DNA of 64,000 bases from Azospirillum sp. (lineage in GTDB: Bacteria; Pseudomonadota; Alphaproteobacteria; Azospirillales; Azospirillaceae), in contig NZ_DASPMG010000121.1 of assembly GCF_035627195.1 (NCBI RefSeq), positions 2,498 to 66,497 of the forward strand, given 5' to 3'. Positions 1 to 9,659 of this stretch are shown piece after piece (position 1 is the stretch's first letter; every line of letters begins with the position of its first letter). Below the pieces are notes generated by a model. The model worked only from the letters and a program-made list of their open reading frames with translations, was not told the origin of the DNA and did not search any database. Both the position numbers and the translations under genes were made by a program.

Positions 1-636
1 CGCGTGCAGGCCCTTCATCGCATCGGTCAGCTGGCGGCGGCGCCCATCGTCCGGCGCGCCGCCGTCCAGGCGCAGCGCGGTACCGTCGGCCAGCAGCGCG
101 TCGATGGCGCGCACGTTGTGCACCATGTTGCCGTACCGCAAGGACCGCGTGCCGCAGGAGTTGTTGCCGGTCATCCCGCCGATGGTCGCCTGGGCCGAGG
201 TCGAGACGTCCACCGGGAACCACAGCCCGTGGGCTTTCAGCTGCCGATTCAGCTCGTCCAGCACGATGCCCGGCTCAACCACCGCCACGCGCGCCTGCGG
301 GTCCACCGAGACGACGCGGTTGAGGTGCCTGGAATTGTCGATCACCAGCGCCGCCCCCACCGTCTGCCCGCACTGCGAGGTGCCGCCGCCGCGCGGCAGC
401 AGTGGCACGCCCTCCTCCGCCGCGATGGCCAGCGCCGCGCGCACGTCCCCGGCATGGCGCGGCACCACCACGCCCACCGGCTCCACCTGATAGATCGACG
501 CGTCGGTGCTGTAGCGCCCGCGCGAGAAGGCGTCGAACAGCACGTCGCCTTCCAGCGCGTTTTTGAGCCGCGCGGCCAGCGCGCCGTCGCCGATCCGGGA
601 GGGGCGCGCGAGCGGCGCGCGGGCGTCGAGCGGCAT
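1..636 (-). CDS. FAD-linked oxidase (YdiJ/GlcD-like FAD-binding and Fe-S protein), 5' part only; runs off the window edge
   Basis: Manual translation from ATG at 636: MPLDARAP...YSTDASIYQVEPVGVVVPR...LPRGGGTSQCGQTVG...VEPGIVLDELN...ATIGGMTGNNSCG (FAD_binding_4 motifs); AGGAG RBS at 650-646. Absent from the ORF track because there is no stop in the window. Confidence 0.85.
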   Translation of the reverse strand, partial: MPLDARAPLARPSRIGDGALAARLKNALEGDVLFDAFSRGRYSTDASIYQVEPVGVVVPRHAGDVRAALAIAAEEGVPLLPRGGGTSQCGQTVGAALVIDNSRHLNRVVSVDPQARVAVVEPGIVLDELNRQLKAHGLWFPVDVSTSAQATIGGMTGNNSCGTRSLRYGNMVHNVRAIDALLADGTALRLDGGAPDDGRRRQLTDAMKGLHA

Positions 637-679
637 GGCGGCAAACTCCTGAGGGTGGGTCTCGTTGGCGAGGATAGCA

Positions 680-693
680 TTTTGCATGCAAAA
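680..693. promoter_or_regulatory. Palindromic operator TTTTGCATGCAAAA (copy 1)
   Basis: Perfect 14-bp palindrome in the divergent intergenic region; near-identical copy at 856-869. Confidence 0.6.
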
Positions 694-855
694 CACAAAC
701 GAGGCACCGGACGCCGGCGTCGGCACCACCAAATCCTCAGGAGCCGGAAAATCCCTTTATTAACAGCCATTTGATCCGTCATAGAACGAAGGCGATGGCG
801 TCGCCTACCACTTCAGACCAGCCCCCGAACGCAAAATCCTGATTGCGCCAGCGCG

Positions 856-869
856 TTTTGCATGCAGAA
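856..869. promoter_or_regulatory. Palindromic operator TTTTGCATGCAGAA (copy 2)
   Basis: 13/14 match to the 680-693 palindrome, ~60 nt upstream of the aminotransferase start. Confidence 0.6.
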
Positions 870-927
870 TTCCATCAGTACACCAAACAAAAAACACGGG
901 CACCGCCCCAGGGGAGGAGAGCGCTTC

Positions 928-2100
928 ATGGCTCACCGCAGCGGCCGTCATTTCCTGCAGATTCCCGGCCCGACCAACGTGCCGGACCGCGTCCTGCGCG
1001 CCATGGACCGCCCGACCATCGACCACCGCGGCCCGGAGTTCCAGGCGCTGGGGCGCGACGTGCTGGCCGGCATCCGCCCGGTGTTCGGCACGGCGCAGCC
1101 GGTGATTATCTATCCCTCCTCCGGCACCGGCGCGTGGGAGGCGGCGATCGTCAACACGCTGTCGCCCGGCGACCGGGTGCTGATGTTCGAGACCGGCCAC
1201 TTCGCCACGCTCTGGCGCAATCTGGCGTCCAAGTTCGGGATCGAGTGCGAATTCGTGCCCGGCGACTGGCGCCACGGCGTCGACCCGGCCACCGTGGAGG
1301 CCCGCCTCGCTGAGGACCGCGGCCACGCGATCAAGGCCGTCATGGTCGTTCACAACGAGACGTCGACCGGCGTCACCAGCCGCATCCCCCTGATCCGCAA
1401 GGCGATCGACCGCGCGAACCACCCCGCGCTGTTCCTGGTGGACACCATCTCCTCCCTCGGCTCCATCGACTACCGGCACGACGAATGGGGCGTGGACGTC
1501 ACCGTCGCCGGCTCGCAGAAGGGGCTGATGCTGCCGCCGGGGCTGGGCTTCAACGCGGTGTCGCAGAAGGCGCTGGCGGCGGCGAAGGCCAACCGCCTGC
1601 CGCGCTCCTACTGGGACTGGGAGGACATGCTGAAGGCCAACGCCACCGGCTTCTTCCCCTACACGCCCGCCACCAACCTGCTGTACGGCCTGAAGGAAGC
1701 CGTCGCCATGCTGATGGAGGAGGGGCTGGCAAACGTCTTCGCCCGCCACGACCGCCACGCCGAGGCGACGCGCCGCGCCGTGAACGCCTGGGGGCTGGAG
1801 GTGCTGGCCGCCGACCCTGCCGAATTTTCCAGCTCCCTCACCGCCGTGGTGGTGCCGGACGGCCATGACGCCGACCGCCTGCGTTCCGTGATCCTGGAGC
1901 GGTTCGACATGTCGCTGGGCACCGGTTTGGGGCGGCTGGCCGGCAAGGTGTTCCGCATCGGCCACCTGGGCGATTTCAACGACCTGACGCTGATGGGCAC
2001 GCTGGCCGGCGTGGAGATGGGCTTGCGCCTGACCGGCATCCCGCACCGCGCGGGCGGCGTCGCGGCGGCGATGGAGTACCTGGAATTCGGAAACTCGTAA
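928..2100 (+). CDS. Class V PLP aminotransferase (serine/alanine--glyoxylate aminotransferase family)
   Basis: GRHFLQIPGPTNVP, SSGTGAWEA, VHNETSTGV, GSQKGLMLPPG (PLP lysine), FRIGHLG; GGAGGAG RBS before ATG 928. Confidence 0.9.
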   Translation: MAHRSGRHFLQIPGPTNVPDRVLRAMDRPTIDHRGPEFQALGRDVLAGIRPVFGTAQPVIIYPSSGTGAWEAAIVNTLSPGDRVLMFETGHFATLWRNLASKFGIECEFVPGDWRHGVDPATVEARLAEDRGHAIKAVMVVHNETSTGVTSRIPLIRKAIDRANHPALFLVDTISSLGSIDYRHDEWGVDVTVAGSQKGLMLPPGLGFNAVSQKALAAAKANRLPRSYWDWEDMLKANATGFFPYTPATNLLYGLKEAVAMLMEEGLANVFARHDRHAEATRRAVNAWGLEVLAADPAEFSSSLTAVVVPDGHDADRLRSVILERFDMSLGTGLGRLAGKVFRIGHLGDFNDLTLMGTLAGVEMGLRLTGIPHRAGGVAAAMEYLEFGNS

Positions 2101-2147
2101 TGCCGCGACGACACAAGAACGAACAAACCGATTGGGGAGGAGATGCG

Positions 2148-3131
2148 ATGAACGCCGTCCGGAGTCTGTTCGCCTCCACATTGCTGGCCGGAGCGCTGAT
2201 GGCCGCACCCGCGCTGGCGCAGACGGAGATCAAGCTGGGCCACGTGGGCGAGCCCGGCTCGCTGTTCGAGAAGTCGTCCCTGGCCTTCGCCGAACGCGTC
2301 AATGCCAAGCTGGGCGACAAGGCGAAGGTGGTCGTCTACGGCTCCAGCCAGCTCGGCGGCGACAGCGAAATGATGAAGAAGCTGAAGCTGGGCACCATCG
2401 ACATGGCGCTGCCCTCCACCGTCATGTCGTCGGTGGTGCCGGCCTTCGGCCTGTTCGAGATGCCCTACCTCGTCAAGGACCGCGAGCACATGAAGCGCAT
2501 CCGCGACGAGATCGTCACCCCCACCCTGGCCCCCCTGGCCGAGAAGGAGGGGTACAAGATCCTCGCGGTGTGGGAGAACGGCTTCCGCCACATCACCAAC
2601 AACCGCGGCCCCATCGTGAAGCCGGCCGACCTGCAGGGCATCAAGCTGCGCGTGCCACAAGGCGTGTGGCGGGTGAAGATGTTCCAGACCTACGGCGCCA
2701 ACCCCAGCCCGCTGGCCTTTTCCGAGGTGTTCGTGGCGCTGCAGACCGGCGTGATGGACGGGCAGGAGAACCCGCTGGCGCAGATCCACCCCGCGCGCTT
2801 CTACGAGGTGCAGAAGTACCTTTCCATGACCGGCCACGTCTACACGCCGGCCTACCTGACCGCCGGCCGAAGCTGGAGCAAGTTCCCGCCCGAGGTGCAG
2901 CAGGCCCTGACCGAGGCCGCGCGCCAATCCCAGGACGACGTCTACCGCATCGCCGCCCAGCTCGACGACGACCTGCTGAAGAAGCTCAAGGACGCCGGCA
3001 TGCAGGTGAACGAGGCCGACAAGGACGCCTTCGTCAAGGCCAGCGCCCCGGTCTACGACGCCTTCGCCAAGGAGGTGCCGGACGGCAAGGCCCTGGTCGA
3101 CCGCGCCCTGGCGCTGGCCAGCAAATCGTAA
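2148..3131 (+). CDS. dctP: TRAP transporter substrate-binding protein (DctP family)
   Basis: Signal peptide; SQLG, WENGFRHITNN, DLQGIKLRVP, ALQTGVMDGQENP. Confidence 0.92.
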   Translation: MNAVRSLFASTLLAGALMAAPALAQTEIKLGHVGEPGSLFEKSSLAFAERVNAKLGDKAKVVVYGSSQLGGDSEMMKKLKLGTIDMALPSTVMSSVVPAFGLFEMPYLVKDREHMKRIRDEIVTPTLAPLAEKEGYKILAVWENGFRHITNNRGPIVKPADLQGIKLRVPQGVWRVKMFQTYGANPSPLAFSEVFVALQTGVMDGQENPLAQIHPARFYEVQKYLSMTGHVYTPAYLTAGRSWSKFPPEVQQALTEAARQSQDDVYRIAAQLDDDLLKKLKDAGMQVNEADKDAFVKASAPVYDAFAKEVPDGKALVDRALALASKS

Positions 3132-3138
3132 CGTCAAT

Positions 3139-3384
3139 CCCTCCCCCGCCCCCGGCGGGGGAGGGAAGCCCGCGGCAGCGGGCAGGGTGGGGGCAGCGGC
3201 CTCCTCAAGGATCGAGCCGTAGGCTGGGTTGAGCGCCAGCGAAAACCCAACATTCCCGGCAATGCGAAGGGTGTTGGGTCCAGACCCAACCTACGGGCCG
3301 CAGATCCTCGGGCAGGCCGTTGCCCCCACCCTTCCCATGCTGCGCATGGGCCCCTTCCCTCCCCCGCCGGGGGCGAGGGAGGGA
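3139..3384. repeat. REP-like element family A with a family C element nested at ~3217-3296
   Basis: CCCTCCCCCGCC/GGCGGGGGAGGG terminal hairpins shared with 12649, 16934, 24197 and 26295; internal CGTAGG(C/T)TGGGTT...ACCCAACCTACG shared with 36207 and 38183. Confidence 0.8.
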
Positions 3385-3401
3385 GCAGATGGAGTCACCC
3401 C

Positions 3402-4004
3402 ATGTCCCTCCGCACCGTCCGCACGCGCTTCGAACGGCTCCTCGACACCATCGTCGTCGCCCTTGTCGTCGGCCTGGCGCTGATCGTCTGCGCCGGCTTC
3501 CTGTTCCGCGCGGCCGGGCACTCGCTGGTCTGGTACGACGAGGTGGCTGCCATCGGGCTGTGCTGGCTCACCTACTACGGCTCGGCGCTGGCCGCGCTGA
3601 AGGGCGCGCACATCGGCTGTCCGGAGGTGGTGAACCTGATGCCGCCCCGCTGGCGCGTCGCCGCCACCGTCGTCGCCGAGGCCTGCGTGTTCCTGTTCTT
3701 CGGCGTCCTCGCCTGGACCGGGCTGGAGGTCTGGCGGATCCTGGAGGGCGACACGCTGGTCAGCCTGCCCAGCGTGCCCATGCAGCTCACCCAGTCGGTC
3801 ATCCCAATCGGCGCCGTCCTGTTCATGATCGCCGAGGCGCTGCGCCTGCCCCAGGCCCTGGCCGAGGCGCGCGGGGCCGGCTTCGCCGATGCCGAGACCA
3901 AGGAGGCGCAGATGCACGCCGCCGCCAACGCCGCCAACGTCAACGCCGACGCCAACGCCGACCGCACCACCTCGCACGCCGTACACGGGAGCGCGCCGCG
4001 ATGA
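3402..4004 (+). CDS. dctQ: TRAP small permease (DctQ)
   Basis: Four hydrophobic segments, W-x-DE and GAHI motifs; lies between dctP and dctM. Confidence 0.88.
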   Translation: MSLRTVRTRFERLLDTIVVALVVGLALIVCAGFLFRAAGHSLVWYDEVAAIGLCWLTYYGSALAALKGAHIGCPEVVNLMPPRWRVAATVVAEACVFLFFGVLAWTGLEVWRILEGDTLVSLPSVPMQLTQSVIPIGAVLFMIAEALRLPQALAEARGAGFADAETKEAQMHAAANAANVNADANADRTTSHAVHGSAPR

Positions 4005-5287
4005 CCCTGGGATTCATGCTGTCGGGCATGCTGGCGCTGGTCCTGCTGAACGTGCCCATCGCGGTGGCGCTGGGGCTGGTGGCCATGGTCACCATCACCA
4101 TCGTGCAGGGCACCGACATGCTGCCCAACGTGGCGCTGGTGATGTTCGAAGGCGCCACCAACTTCCCGCTGCTGGCCGTGCCGCTGTTCATCCTGGCCGG
4201 CGCCATCATGAACGCGTCCTCCATCTCGCGCCGGCTGGTGGCCTTCGCCACGGCGCTGGTGGGCTTCGTGCGCGGCGGCCTGTCCATGGTCGCCATCGGC
4301 GCGTCGCTGTTCTTTGCGGAGATCTCCGGCTCGGCCGTGGCCGACATCGCGGCGCTGGGCAGCATCCTCATCCCGGCCATGAAGAAGCGCGGCTATTCGA
4401 AGGAGTTCTCGGCCGCCGTCTGCTCGTCGGCCGCCAGCCTCGCCATCATCATCCCGCCGTCGATCCCGATGATCCTCTACGCCGTGATGTCCGGCTCCTC
4501 GGTGGTGAAGCTGTTCGTGGCCGGCATCATCCCGGGCCTGCTGGGCGCCTTCGGGCTGGCGGTGGTCGCGTACTATCTGGCCGTGCGCAACGGCTTCCCG
4601 GTGGAGGAGCGGTTCCGCGCCTCGCGCGTGTGGGAGACGTTCAAGGACGCCATCTGGGCCTTCCTGCTGCCGGTGGTCATCCTGGGCGGCATCTTCGGCG
4701 GCTTCGTCACGGCGACCGAGGGTGCGGCGCTCGCCGTGCTCGCCGCGCTGTTCATCGGCACCGTGATCTACCGCGAACTGAACCTGCGCGAGCTGCACCG
4801 GGCCTGCATCGAGGGCGGCATCCAGACCGCCGTGGTCATGCTGCTGGTCGCCGCCTCCGCCCTGATCGGCACTTTCCTGACCGAAGCGCAGCTGCCCCAG
4901 CAGCTGGCCCTGGCCATCAGCGGCGTCACCACGGACAAATACGCGGTGCTGGCGCTGCTGAACGTCGCCTTCCTGATCCTCGGCATGTTCCTGCACTCGG
5001 CCGCCGCCATCATCCTGGTGGTGCCGATCGTCATGCCGCTGGTGACGCAGGTCGGCATCGATCCCATCCACTTCGGCCTCGTGGTCACGCTGAACCTCGC
5101 CATCGGGCAGCAGACGCCGCCGGTCGCCAGCGTGCTGATGGCCGCCTGCTCCATCGCGCGGGCCGACATCTGGGCGACGACGCGCGTGAACCTGTGGTTC
5201 ATCGGCGTGCTGTTGCTGGTACTTTTGCTGTGCACCTACGTGCCGGCGGTCTCGCTGACGCTGGTCAACCTCTTCTACGGATCGTGA
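4001..5287 (+). CDS. dctM: TRAP large permease (DctM)
   Basis: LLAVPLFILAG, ISGSAVAD, IIPPSIPMILY, GIDPIHFG, TPPV; ATGA overlap with dctQ. Confidence 0.93.
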   Translation: MTLGFMLSGMLALVLLNVPIAVALGLVAMVTITIVQGTDMLPNVALVMFEGATNFPLLAVPLFILAGAIMNASSISRRLVAFATALVGFVRGGLSMVAIGASLFFAEISGSAVADIAALGSILIPAMKKRGYSKEFSAAVCSSAASLAIIIPPSIPMILYAVMSGSSVVKLFVAGIIPGLLGAFGLAVVAYYLAVRNGFPVEERFRASRVWETFKDAIWAFLLPVVILGGIFGGFVTATEGAALAVLAALFIGTVIYRELNLRELHRACIEGGIQTAVVMLLVAASALIGTFLTEAQLPQQLALAISGVTTDKYAVLALLNVAFLILGMFLHSAAAIILVVPIVMPLVTQVGIDPIHFGLVVTLNLAIGQQTPPVASVLMAACSIARADIWATTRVNLWFIGVLLLVLLLCTYVPAVSLTLVNLFYGS

Positions 5288-5296
5288 CACGACCCC

Positions 5297-6091
5297 ATGA
5301 TCAAAGATGCGATCGATGAACTGCTGATGGAGCGTGGCGACGGCGGCATCGTCACCCTGACGCTGAACCGCCCGCACAAGCTGAACGCCATGACCAAGCC
5401 GCTGTGGCGCGCCCTGGGCGAGGCGGTGGGCGAACTGAACGCCGACGACACGGTGCGCTGCATCGTCATCCGCGGGGCCGGCGACAAGGCGTTCAGCCCC
5501 GGCAACGACATCTCGGAGTTCGAGACCGAGCGCTCGAACGTCGATCAGGCGCGCGCCTACGGCGCCATCATGCACACCACGCTGAACGCCATGCGCGCCT
5601 GCCGCCATCCCATGGTGGCGCTGATCGAAGGGATCTGCGTCGGCGGCGGGCTGGAGATCGCCGCCAACTGCGACCTGCGCATCTGCGGCGAATCCAGCCG
5701 CTTCGGCGCCCCCATCAAGAACCTCGGCCTCGTCATGGCCTACCCGGAGATCGAGGCACTGTTCCGCTTGGTGGGCCGCGCCGTGGCGCTGGAGATCCTG
5801 CTGGAAGGCCGCATCTTCGGCGCGCAGGAGGCCAAGGAGAAGGGGCTCGTCACCCGCATCGTCCCCGACGACCAGGTGGAGACGGAAGCCTACGCCACCG
5901 CGCGCCGCATCGCCGAGGGCGCCCCCCTGGTCGCCCGCTGGCACAAGAAATTCGTCGCCCGCCTGGAAAGCGGCGCCCCCCTGACGCCCGAGGAATTGGA
6001 GGAGGGCTACGCCTGTTACGGAACGGAGGACTTCCGGACCGGCTACAGGGCGTTCCTCGACAAGGAAAAGCCGAAGTTCGAGGGACGGTGA
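5297..6091 (+). CDS. Enoyl-CoA hydratase/isomerase family protein
   Basis: TLNRPHKLNA, AFSPGNDI, GICVGGGLEIAANCDLRI, EDFRTGYRAFLDKEKPKFEGR. Confidence 0.9.
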   Translation: MIKDAIDELLMERGDGGIVTLTLNRPHKLNAMTKPLWRALGEAVGELNADDTVRCIVIRGAGDKAFSPGNDISEFETERSNVDQARAYGAIMHTTLNAMRACRHPMVALIEGICVGGGLEIAANCDLRICGESSRFGAPIKNLGLVMAYPEIEALFRLVGRAVALEILLEGRIFGAQEAKEKGLVTRIVPDDQVETEAYATARRIAEGAPLVARWHKKFVARLESGAPLTPEELEEGYACYGTEDFRTGYRAFLDKEKPKFEGR

Positions 6092-6099
6092 AGGTGTTA

Positions 6100-6208
6100 C
6101 CCTCTCCCGCCCCGGGAGAGGGTGGCCGGCGCAGCCGGCCGGGTGAGGGTAAAGCCAAGGATCCTTGATCTTACCCCCACCCTAACCCTCCCCCGGGGCG
6201 GGGGAGGG
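6100..6208. repeat. REP-like palindromic element
   Basis: CCCTCTCCC...GGGAGAGGG and CCCTCCCCCG...GGGGGAGGG hairpins in an intergenic gap. Confidence 0.7.
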
Positions 6209-6223
6209 AATTGAGGAACGATC

Positions 6224-7429
6224 ATGGATAGGAACACGAAAGGCCCCCTCGCGGGCCTCAAGGTGGTGGAACTGGCGCACATCATGGCCGGGCCGGTGGC
6301 CGGGCTGATGCTGGCCGACATGGGTGCGGACGTGGTGAAGGTGGAAAAGCTGCCGGGCGGCGACGACAGCCGCCGCATGGTGCCGCCCACCGTCGCCGAC
6401 GAATCCGCCGCCTTCATGATGATGAACCGCAACAAGCGCGGCCTGGCACTCGACCTCAAGCTGGAAGGCGGCAAGGAGGTGCTGCGGCGCCTGCTGAAGG
6501 ACGCCGACGTGCTGATCGAGAACCACCGCCGCGGCACGCTGGAGAAGCTGGGCTTCGGCTACGACGCGGTGAAGGCGATCAATCCGAAGATCATCTACTG
6601 CGAGATTTCCGGCTTCGGCCGCACCGGGCCGCTGGCCGACCAGGGCGGGTTCGACCTCGTGGCGCAGGGCATGTCGGGGCTGATGAGCATCACCGGGGAG
6701 GGGCCGGGCCGCCCGCCGGTGAAGGTGGGGGCACCCGTCACCGACATCACCGCCGGCCTGCTGGGCGCCATGGGCGTGCTGGCCGCCCTGCACGAGCGCA
6801 CCCGCACCGGCGAGGGGCAGCGCGTCGACACCTCCCTGTTCGAGGCCGGGATCGTCCACACCTACTGGCAGTCGGCCATCCGCTTCGCCACCGGCGTCAG
6901 CCCCGGCCCCATGGGCTCCGCCCACCCGCTGAACGCGCCCTACCAAGCGTTCCCGACCTCCGACGGCTGGATCAACATCGGTGCCGCCAACCAGGCCAAC
7001 TGGCTGCGCCTGCTGGACGCCATCGAGGCGCCGGAGCTGCGCGACGACCCGCGCTTCGCCGACAACCCCGGCCGCATGCGGCACCTGGACGAACTGGTCG
7101 AGATCCTCTCCCCCATCTTCCGCCGCCACACCACCGCCGAATGGCTGGGCACCCTGGAAAGGGCCGGCATCCCCGCCGGAGCGGTGCTGAGCATCGCCGA
7201 GATGCACGAGCATCCGCACACCAAGGCGCGCGGGATGGTGGTGGAGGTGGAGCACGCCCGCGCCGGCACGGTCAGCACGCTGGGCCTGCCCATCAAGTTC
7301 TCCCGCACCCCCGGCGGCGTGCGCTCCGGTGCCCCCGTGCTGGGGCAGCACACGCGGACGATCCTGGCCGAACTGGGCTTCGACGAAGCCGCCATCGAGG
7401 ACCTCGCACAGAAGAAGGCCGTCGCATGA
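6224..7429 (+). CDS. Class III CoA-transferase (CaiB/BaiF family)
   Basis: GPLAGLKVVE, LADMGADVVKVE, NRNKR, DLVAQGMSG, PVLGQHT. Confidence 0.93.
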   Translation: MDRNTKGPLAGLKVVELAHIMAGPVAGLMLADMGADVVKVEKLPGGDDSRRMVPPTVADESAAFMMMNRNKRGLALDLKLEGGKEVLRRLLKDADVLIENHRRGTLEKLGFGYDAVKAINPKIIYCEISGFGRTGPLADQGGFDLVAQGMSGLMSITGEGPGRPPVKVGAPVTDITAGLLGAMGVLAALHERTRTGEGQRVDTSLFEAGIVHTYWQSAIRFATGVSPGPMGSAHPLNAPYQAFPTSDGWINIGAANQANWLRLLDAIEAPELRDDPRFADNPGRMRHLDELVEILSPIFRRHTTAEWLGTLERAGIPAGAVLSIAEMHEHPHTKARGMVVEVEHARAGTVSTLGLPIKFSRTPGGVRSGAPVLGQHTRTILAELGFDEAAIEDLAQKKAVA

Positions 7430-8193
7430 CCGAAGACCGCGCCGAACGTGCCGCCGCCCTGCTGGTCGCCGCCCGCACCGGGGACCGCCTGCGCGACCTC
7501 CCCGAGGACTGCCGCCCGCGCACGGTGGAGGAGGCCTACGCCGTCCAGGACGTGGTGCTGGCCCGCACCGGCCCGGCGCACGCCTGGAAGGTCGGCGCCA
7601 AGACGCCGGAGGCGGAGCCCGCCTGCGCGCCCATGCCGGCCGCCACCGTCCACCCCTCCCCCGCCGCGCTGCCCGGCGACGCCTTCGGCGTCCGCCTGAT
7701 CGAGGCGGAGATCGCCTACCGCTTCGGCCGAGCCCTGCCGCCGCGCCCGCAGCCCTACACCACGGACGAGGTGCTGGCCGCCGTGGACGCCGTGCTGCCG
7801 GGGATCGAGGTGGTGGACGGCCGCTTCCAGGACCGCAACGCGGTCGACGCGCTGAGCATCCTGGCCGACAACATCACCAGCGGCGCCTACGTGACCGGCG
7901 CGCCCGTCACCGACTGGCGCCGGGTCGATCCCGCGCGCCAGGGCGTGCAGCTGCGCGTCAACGGCGCCATCGTGGTGGACACGGTGGGCGGCAACCCGGC
8001 CGGCGGCGACCTGACGCGCCTGCTGACGTGGATGGCCAACGCGCTGTCCATGCGCGGGCACGGGCTGAAGCCCGGCGACATCGTCACCACCGGCTCCTGC
8101 ACCGGCATGACGCCGGTCGGCCCCGGCGACACGGTGGAGGCGGAGTTCCCCGGCCTCGGCACTGTTTCCTTGCGCTTCACCCCGCCTATGTGA
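7426..8193 (+). CDS. Fumarylacetoacetate hydrolase-family / 2-keto-4-pentenoate hydratase-like protein
   Basis: AYAVQD, WKVGA, IEAEIA, PGIEVVDGR, LADN, GDIVTTGS; ATGA overlap with the upstream gene. Confidence 0.85.
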   Translation: MTEDRAERAAALLVAARTGDRLRDLPEDCRPRTVEEAYAVQDVVLARTGPAHAWKVGAKTPEAEPACAPMPAATVHPSPAALPGDAFGVRLIEAEIAYRFGRALPPRPQPYTTDEVLAAVDAVLPGIEVVDGRFQDRNAVDALSILADNITSGAYVTGAPVTDWRRVDPARQGVQLRVNGAIVVDTVGGNPAGGDLTRLLTWMANALSMRGHGLKPGDIVTTGSCTGMTPVGPGDTVEAEFPGLGTVSLRFTPPM

Positions 8194-8229
8194 TTGTCGC
8201 TGAGCGACAAGAACAGGGAGAGCATCATC

Positions 8230-9402
8230 ATGGTGGAGATGGTTCCGGGCATCGAGAAGCTGCTGCCCGACATGAAGGCGTGGCGGCACGACCTGCACGC
8301 CCACCCGGAAACCGCGTTCGAGGAGCACCGCACCAGCGACGTGGTGGCCGAAAAGCTGGCCTCCTTCGGGCTGGAGGTGCACCGTGGGCTGGCCGGCACC
8401 GGCGTGGTCGGCGTGCTGCGCAACGGCGACGGCCCGGCGGTGGCCTTCCGCGCCGACATGGACGCGCTGCACATCCACGAGGAGACCAACCTCCCCCACC
8501 GCTCCCGGAACGCCGGCCGCATGCACGCCTGCGGCCACGACGGCCACACGGCGATGCTGCTGGGCGCCGCGCGCTACCTGTCCGAAAATCCCGGCTTCCA
8601 GGGCTCGCTGGCCTTCATCTTCCAGCCGGCGGAGGAGAACGAGGGCGGCGGCCGCGTGATGGTGGAGCAGGGCCTGTTCGAGAAGTTCCCGGTCCAGCAG
8701 GTCTACGGCATGCACAACTGGCCGGGCCTGGAGGTGGGCCGGATGGCCCTGCGCTCCGGCCCCATGATGGCGTCCTACGACGTGTTCGAGCTGACGCTGA
8801 CCGGCCGCGGCACGCACGCCGCCATGCCGCACCTGGGCACCGACGTGATCGTCGCCGGCACGCAGATCGTCAACGCCTGGCAGACGATCCCCAGCCGCAA
8901 CACCCACCCGGTGGACGCCGCCGTGGTCAGCGTCACGCAGTTCCACGCCGGCGACACCTGGAACGTCATCCCCGCCAGCGCCGTCCTGCGCGGCACCACC
9001 CGCACCTTCCGCGCCGAGGTGCAGGACATGGTGGAGCGCCGCATGCGCGAGCTGGCGCAGGCCATCGCCGGCGCCTTCGGCGTGGAGATGAGCTTCCGCT
9101 ACGAGCGCCGCTACCCCTCCACCGTCAACACGGCGGCGGAGACGGAGCTGGCCCGGCAGGCGGCGGCCCGCGTGGTGGGCGAGCAGGCGCTCGACCTCGA
9201 CCCGATGCCCAGCATGGGGGCGGAGGACTTCGCCTTCATGCTGCAGAAGCGGCCGGGCTGCTACGTCTGGCTGGGTGCCGGCAGCAACGAGGGCGGGCGC
9301 AACCTGCACAGCCCGCACTACGACTTCAACGACGAGGTCCTGCCCATCGGCGCCAGCTACTGGGTGCGGCTGGCGGAGACGGTGCTGCCGAAGAGCGCGT
9401 GA
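8230..9402 (+). CDS. M20D amidohydrolase (hippurate hydrolase-like)
   Basis: HAHPETAFEE, FRADMDAL, MHACGHDGH, FQPAEE, GAEDFA, LHSPHYDFND. Confidence 0.92.
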   Translation: MVEMVPGIEKLLPDMKAWRHDLHAHPETAFEEHRTSDVVAEKLASFGLEVHRGLAGTGVVGVLRNGDGPAVAFRADMDALHIHEETNLPHRSRNAGRMHACGHDGHTAMLLGAARYLSENPGFQGSLAFIFQPAEENEGGGRVMVEQGLFEKFPVQQVYGMHNWPGLEVGRMALRSGPMMASYDVFELTLTGRGTHAAMPHLGTDVIVAGTQIVNAWQTIPSRNTHPVDAAVVSVTQFHAGDTWNVIPASAVLRGTTRTFRAEVQDMVERRMRELAQAIAGAFGVEMSFRYERRYPSTVNTAAETELARQAAARVVGEQALDLDPMPSMGAEDFAFMLQKRPGCYVWLGAGSNEGGRNLHSPHYDFNDEVLPIGASYWVRLAETVLPKSA

Positions 9403-9415
9403 TTGCGGGACGCTG

Positions 9416-9530
9416 CCCCCTCCCGGCTTCGCTGACGCTCAGCCACCCTCCCCCGCTTCGCGGTGGAGGGTTTGGTGCCGAAGCGGCGGCAGTCCCCTCC
9501 ACCGCAACGCGGGGGAGGGTTAGGGAGGGG
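9416..9530. repeat. REP-like palindromic element
   Basis: CCCTCCCCCGC...GGAGGG and CCCCTCCACCGC...GCGGGGGAGGG hairpins after the operon end. Confidence 0.65.
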
Positions 9531-9659
9531 GCAACAGCCGCCACATTACACACTACCCACCCGTGAATACCTGATATTTCCTCACTTCATAAACGGAAAT
9601 TGCACACAGCCGCGTTCCGGTTCATATTCCGCTACTCACCAAGTGGTCGGACCAACAAC

